DNA of 64,000 nucleotides from Escherichia coli (GTDB lineage Bacteria; Pseudomonadota; Gammaproteobacteria; Enterobacterales; Enterobacteriaceae): NCBI RefSeq assembly GCF_013122565.1, contig NZ_CP053258.1; one strand, 5' to 3'. Shown piece by piece: positions 62,831 to 64,000 of this stretch (position 1 is its first letter; each line of letters starts with the position of its first letter). The notes under the pieces were generated by a model. It saw only the letters and a program-made list of their open reading frames with translations, ran no database searches and was not told where the DNA came from. The position numbers and the translations under genes were made by a program.

Positions 62831-63957
62831 AGTGATATCCGATTATTTTTTAACGCTTCCAGAATGCGAGAGCATGCCTGACCATCACCATACGGGTTAT
62901 GGGCGCGGCTCATAGCTTGATATTCGTTTTCGTCTTTTAAAAGACGCGTCACTTCCTCGACAATTCGCTGCTTATCCGTGCCTACCAGACGCACCGTACC
63001 CGCCGTCACCGCTTCCGGACGCTCAGTGGTATCGCGCATCACCAGCACCGGTTTCCCCAGCGAAGGCGCTTCTTCCTGAATGCCGCCTGAGTCGGTCAAA
63101 ATCAGCCAGGCGTGGTTCATCAGCCAGACAAACGGTAAATACTCCTGAGGATCGATCAGAATGACATTTTTCACATGCCCCAGAATGCGATTGACCGGCT
63201 CTCTGACGTTCGGGTTGAGATGCACCGGATAGACAATCTGGATGTCCTGGTGCGTGGTGGCGATGTCTGCCAGCGCATGGCAGATTTCTTCAAAGCCACG
63301 ACCGAAGCTCTCACGCCTGTGACCGGTCACCAGAATCATCTTTTTATCGGGGTCGATAAACGGGTAATTTGCCGCCAGTTCTGAACGCAGCGTATCGCTG
63401 CTCATCACCTGGTCACGCACCCATAACAGTGCATCAATGACTGTATTACCGGTAATGAAGATTCGGCTATCCGCAACGTTTTCACGCAGCAAGTTTTGCC
63501 GGGAAGTTTCGGTTGGAGAGAAGTGATACATCGCCAGATGCCCGGTCAATGTACGGTTAGCCTCTTCCGGCCACGGCGAATAGAGATCGCCCGTGCGTAA
63601 ACCAGCCTCAACGTGACCAACAGGAATACGCTGATAAAACGCCGCCAGGCTGGTTGCCAGCGTCGTCGTCGTATCACCGTGAACCAGCACGACGTCTGGT
63701 TTGAACTCGGCAAGAATAGGTTTTAGCCCTTCCAGAATCCGACAGGTTATCTCTGTCAGGCCCTGTCCTGGCTGCATTATGTTGAGATCGTAGTCAGGTA
63801 CAATGGAAAAGAGTTTCAGCACCTGATCGAGCATCTCCCGATGCTGCGCAGTGACGCAAACTTTAGCCTCAAAAAAAGGATCTTTTGCCAACGCATGCAC
63901 CAACGGCGCCATCTTGATGGCTTCCGGGCGCGTACCAAATACAGTCAGTACTTTCAC
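62827..63957 (-). CDS. wecB: UDP-N-acetylglucosamine 2-epimerase
   Basis: Track ORF runs to 63999; the known 376-aa protein starts at a GTG (V of ...[16 protein letters not shown]) near 63957; the 5' extension is probably the tail of the upstream gene region. Confidence 0.9.
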
Positions 63958-64000
63958 ATCGATTCTCTTCGAATAAGCGGCGAGCGCCTTTGCGCTCACC

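Noticed and set aside
63958-63999. Extra 14 N-terminal codons on wecB in the ORF track
   Set aside because: wecB is 376 aa starting at a GTG; the upstream open frame is most likely the overlapping 3' region of the preceding gene, which lies outside the window

Overview
Enterobacterial (Escherichia coli-type) chromosomal segment: fadBA, fre-ubiD, rfaH, tatABCD, ubiE-ubiJ-ubiB, rmuC, udp, metE/metR, pldB, rhtB/rhtC, recQ, pldA, rarD, corA, uvrD, xerC, dapF, cyaY/cyaA, hemCDXY, glmZ sRNA, aslA/aslB, the proM-leuT-hisR-argX tRNA operon (read on the minus strand), yifK, and the enterobacterial common antigen (wec/rff) cluster from wecG to wecB. Gene identities come from recognising the translated ORFs; where the ORF track starts upstream of the known N-terminus I trimmed to the start that gives the known protein length. 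The track renders GTG/TTG starts as M. Coordinates taken from the ORF track are exact; coordinates I counted by hand (tRNAs, glmZ, REPs, hairpins, LexA box) may be off by 1-2 nt. Three loci are not explained by the core gene set as I remember it and are the main candidates for something new: (1) a ~3 kb insertion between yifL and cyaY with two translationally coupled, paralogous, signal-peptide-bearing repeat proteins of unknown function; (2) a 152-aa ORF between pldA and the recQ-proximal terminator; (3) a 199-aa predicted membrane ORF between hemY and glmZ. No CRISPR array, IS element or prophage is evident. I could not run any database search, so K-12 absence claims rest on memory of the reference gene order.
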